A DNA stretch of 63,068 nt, counting the filler, from Intoshia linei (Eukaryota; Animalia; Orthonectida): assembly GCA_001642005.1 (NCBI GenBank). It is 3 parts of 3 records of this genome, joined end to end, with 100 filler letters (N's around TTAATTAATTAA, not from the genome) between each part and the next. Parts side by side here need not be neighbours in the genome. Positions count along the whole stretch, not along the records: positions 59,109 to 63,068 come from LWCA01002003.1; 2 more parts are not named here. One strand, 5' to 3'. Of this stretch, positions 60,675-63,068 are shown piece after piece (positions within the stretch are counted from its first letter, which is position 1; each line of letters opens with the position of its first letter). Below the pieces are notes generated by a model. That model saw nothing but the letters and a program-made list of their open reading frames with translations, was not told the DNA's origin and ran no database searches. The translations under genes were made by a program, and so were the position numbers.

Positions 60675-63068
60675 TTAAAAATTACTAGAAGTATTATTAT
60701 ACTGTGGTGTCGACTGAATGTATTTACCAACAGAAACATCCATAATATGTTGCTAAAATGAAATAAAATAAGCTTCACAGAAATGTAAATAATGGTTATT
60801 AACCCTTAGACACCAAAATATAATATGTGAGATTTTAAATATGACAAAATAAAAATAAAGTATATCAGATTTCCGTCAATTTATTTATGACTCTACAAAA
60901 CACGCCCATTTCTACTATTTTTCATTTTGTCAATACACGTGAAATAATTTAAATTAATGTCATGCTATTTTGAATAATACATTTTATTGCTTTTTTTCAA
61001 ATATTTAAGTGTCAACCTTTCATTTTAATAATTCACCAATACAGTATTCTCTCTATAACTCTCCATTCTTATGATTTAGAAAAAGTTAGAATAATATAAT
61101 GCAATGAATTGTAAATTGTAAGATTTGACCCTTTCATACATTATGACATAAAATATCGTGATGACAAAAATCGACCTAAAGCTACATCAACATATTTTGT
61201 GTAGTGAATGACCCAAATCAATATTTAAATACCTCAATTTAAAGAAGGTTAAGAAACTTGATCTAACCATTAACTTAACATTAACAGAGCCAAACCTACT
61301 ATACTTCAAAAATAGGCCCTATCAATCTCTCTAAACATTTTGGACTTAACAGTTTACATTTGAAAAAAAAAAGAGTTGAATCACATGGAAACTATAATAT
61401 TTTAAAATGAAAAAATTTTATTTTTTCGTATACGGTTTATTTGATATTTAATTGTAACTTTTAAAAGTAAAATTAATTTATATTAGCATATTTTTGTTAT
61501 ATCATCTAACCAGGTGATCATTCTTGTAACTTCTATTGTATTAGCTTTTGTAAAATTTCATGTAAAAAAACAACAAAAGTGTCAAAGGGTTAATATATAT
61601 TATTAATTAGCTAATTATATATTTTATAAATTTACATTCTCAACTAATTTCCCAAACATATCCATATAAAATTGAATTTGTGCATCCAAAACAGTTTTCC
61701 AATTTTTTTTCCCATCACAAATTCTAATTAGTTACAACAAATATTAATTTAAAAAACTTTTGCAAATCCTTTTCCAAATCAGCTCTCAACATTGGTTGTG
61801 CAAATCCAATTCCCATTTGATCATAACCTAAAATATTATAAAATCATCAAAATTACCAAATAACTTTCAACAAGAGCCATTCCCAATTTTCCAGGAATAA
61901 AATAAATTTTTTGATATAATGAAACGTATTGTCTCATTTTAATTTTTTCTATATGTTCAGCCTGAGTGGCGTCAGTACCAATGCCATGCTTGTCCATCAA
62001 AGTAATTATATCTGACTCTGTTAGCAGTTGCGGTGCCGTAGTTTCTCCCCGACACATCTAAAATACAATAAAATTTAAATATAAAAATTGGAGTACCTCA
62101 ACATATTGCAATATAACAATATATTGATATAAATGCTTACTATGATTTCATCCGGTGTAAAGGTATCTCCGGTACAATAGTCTCCTATACTCTGAAAAAT
62201 CCATCAAGGTGGTTTAATTGATAATTACCTTTCCTTTCCAATTTTCATATTTGTACACGTTTAAATAATTATATTCCTTAATAATTAATCCTTTAGCTCT
62301 AAACTATAAAAAAATTAAAAGATAAGTAAAAAACCTAATCTCAAAATTTAAATTATTACGTTTTCGAAAATATTTACATTCACATCCATTATTGTTTCTT
62401 GTCCTACAGCATCTTTATGACACGTTGCTAAAAAATGACGAACAACTAATTCAAAAACTTTAAATTCGTCATCCTAGGCATTAAAATAAATATATACATT
62501 GATGGAAGGGTGTCAACTTCTGATGTGTTTTTTTTATTTTAAAACCCATTTTGTATATGAATGCCTTTTTTGATTTTAAGAATTTATCATTTCAAAAAAA
62601 ATGAAATAGGTTAATATGTACCCCTCAAATGTATAACTTATAAAATATAACTATATTTTATGTATAATCAGCTTTAATTTTGTTTCTATAGATAATTATG
62701 TTGGAAATTCTTTGATTAGTTGTCCATGTTTTGTGAACCATTTTTGATTTTTTAAATTTATTTCTAGCTCATTTATTTTGGTTTTTAATGATGTTTGAAT
62801 ACCCCATAATTAACCCCAAAACTATACATGAAATTTATTATAAACTCAAAATTCATTTTGATGGGGGGGTTAAATATTAACCAATATCATTTTTTTGGGT
62901 GATAAATGCTTACACTCAAAAAAGGCATACACATGCAAAATGAATTTTTCTGATAAAAAAATTGGACACCCTAATATACATATTATATATAATACATAAT
63001 ATATTATATTAAAATATATTGTATTACTGATAAATTATTTGGATCTTTCAGAGGATATATTGGAGGGT
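60675..63068 (-). CDS. TOP3A: DNA topoisomerase III alpha, 3' part (5' part outside the window)
   Basis: PPIYP, FELVVRHFLA..DAVGQET, LLTESDIITLMDKHGIGTDATQAEHIEKIK, PGKLGMALVE, LRADLEKDL..ICDGKK. Confidence 0.93.
60803..61589. mobile_element. piggyBac-type non-autonomous element in the last TOP3A intron
   Basis: TTAA|CCCTTAGACAC ... GTGTCAAAGGG|TTAA. Confidence 0.8.
62507..62972. mobile_element. MITE with AGGGTGTC(C/A)A TIR in a TOP3A intron
   Basis: Inverted termini; the right end is repeated at 3949-4017. Confidence 0.65.

Noticed and set aside
1-63068. CRISPR arrays, rRNA/tRNA genes, prokaryotic operons or defence systems
   Set aside because: The sequence is intron-containing animal DNA. 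No repeat-spacer array or structured RNA gene was recognised.

Overview
About 63 kb of very AT-rich eukaryotic (animal) genomic DNA. Genes are densely packed and carry many tiny introns of about 33-45 nt. This architecture fits a reduced parasitic metazoan such as the orthonectid Intoshia linei, but that is inference only. By splicing exons by hand I recognise FANK1, a PHF24-like gene, NABP/SOSS-B, an 886-aa orphan nuclear protein, RIM-binding protein, E2F, LRRC34, RPN1, an SLC16-type transporter, TMEM50, DPH2, holocarboxylase synthetase, a truncated CTDSP/NIF phosphatase, an intronless NCAM/Fasciclin-II, the 5' part of alpha-actinin and the 3' part of TOP3A. Introns and intergenic spaces are full of DNA-transposon relics and MITEs (Tc1 DD37E and DD34E, pogo/Tigger, several hAT families with 8-bp TSDs, a piggyBac-type TTAA element and a 9-bp-TSD element), often nested. 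The most notable observations are: a DD37E Tc1 transposase carrying two host-style spliceosomal introns, a U12-type AT-AC intron in E2F, an apparent GT-TG intron in HLCS, RPN1 and LRRC34 in frame only 21 nt apart, and convergent genes 10-12 nt apart. Two N-gaps contain an artificial TTAATTAATTAA linker.
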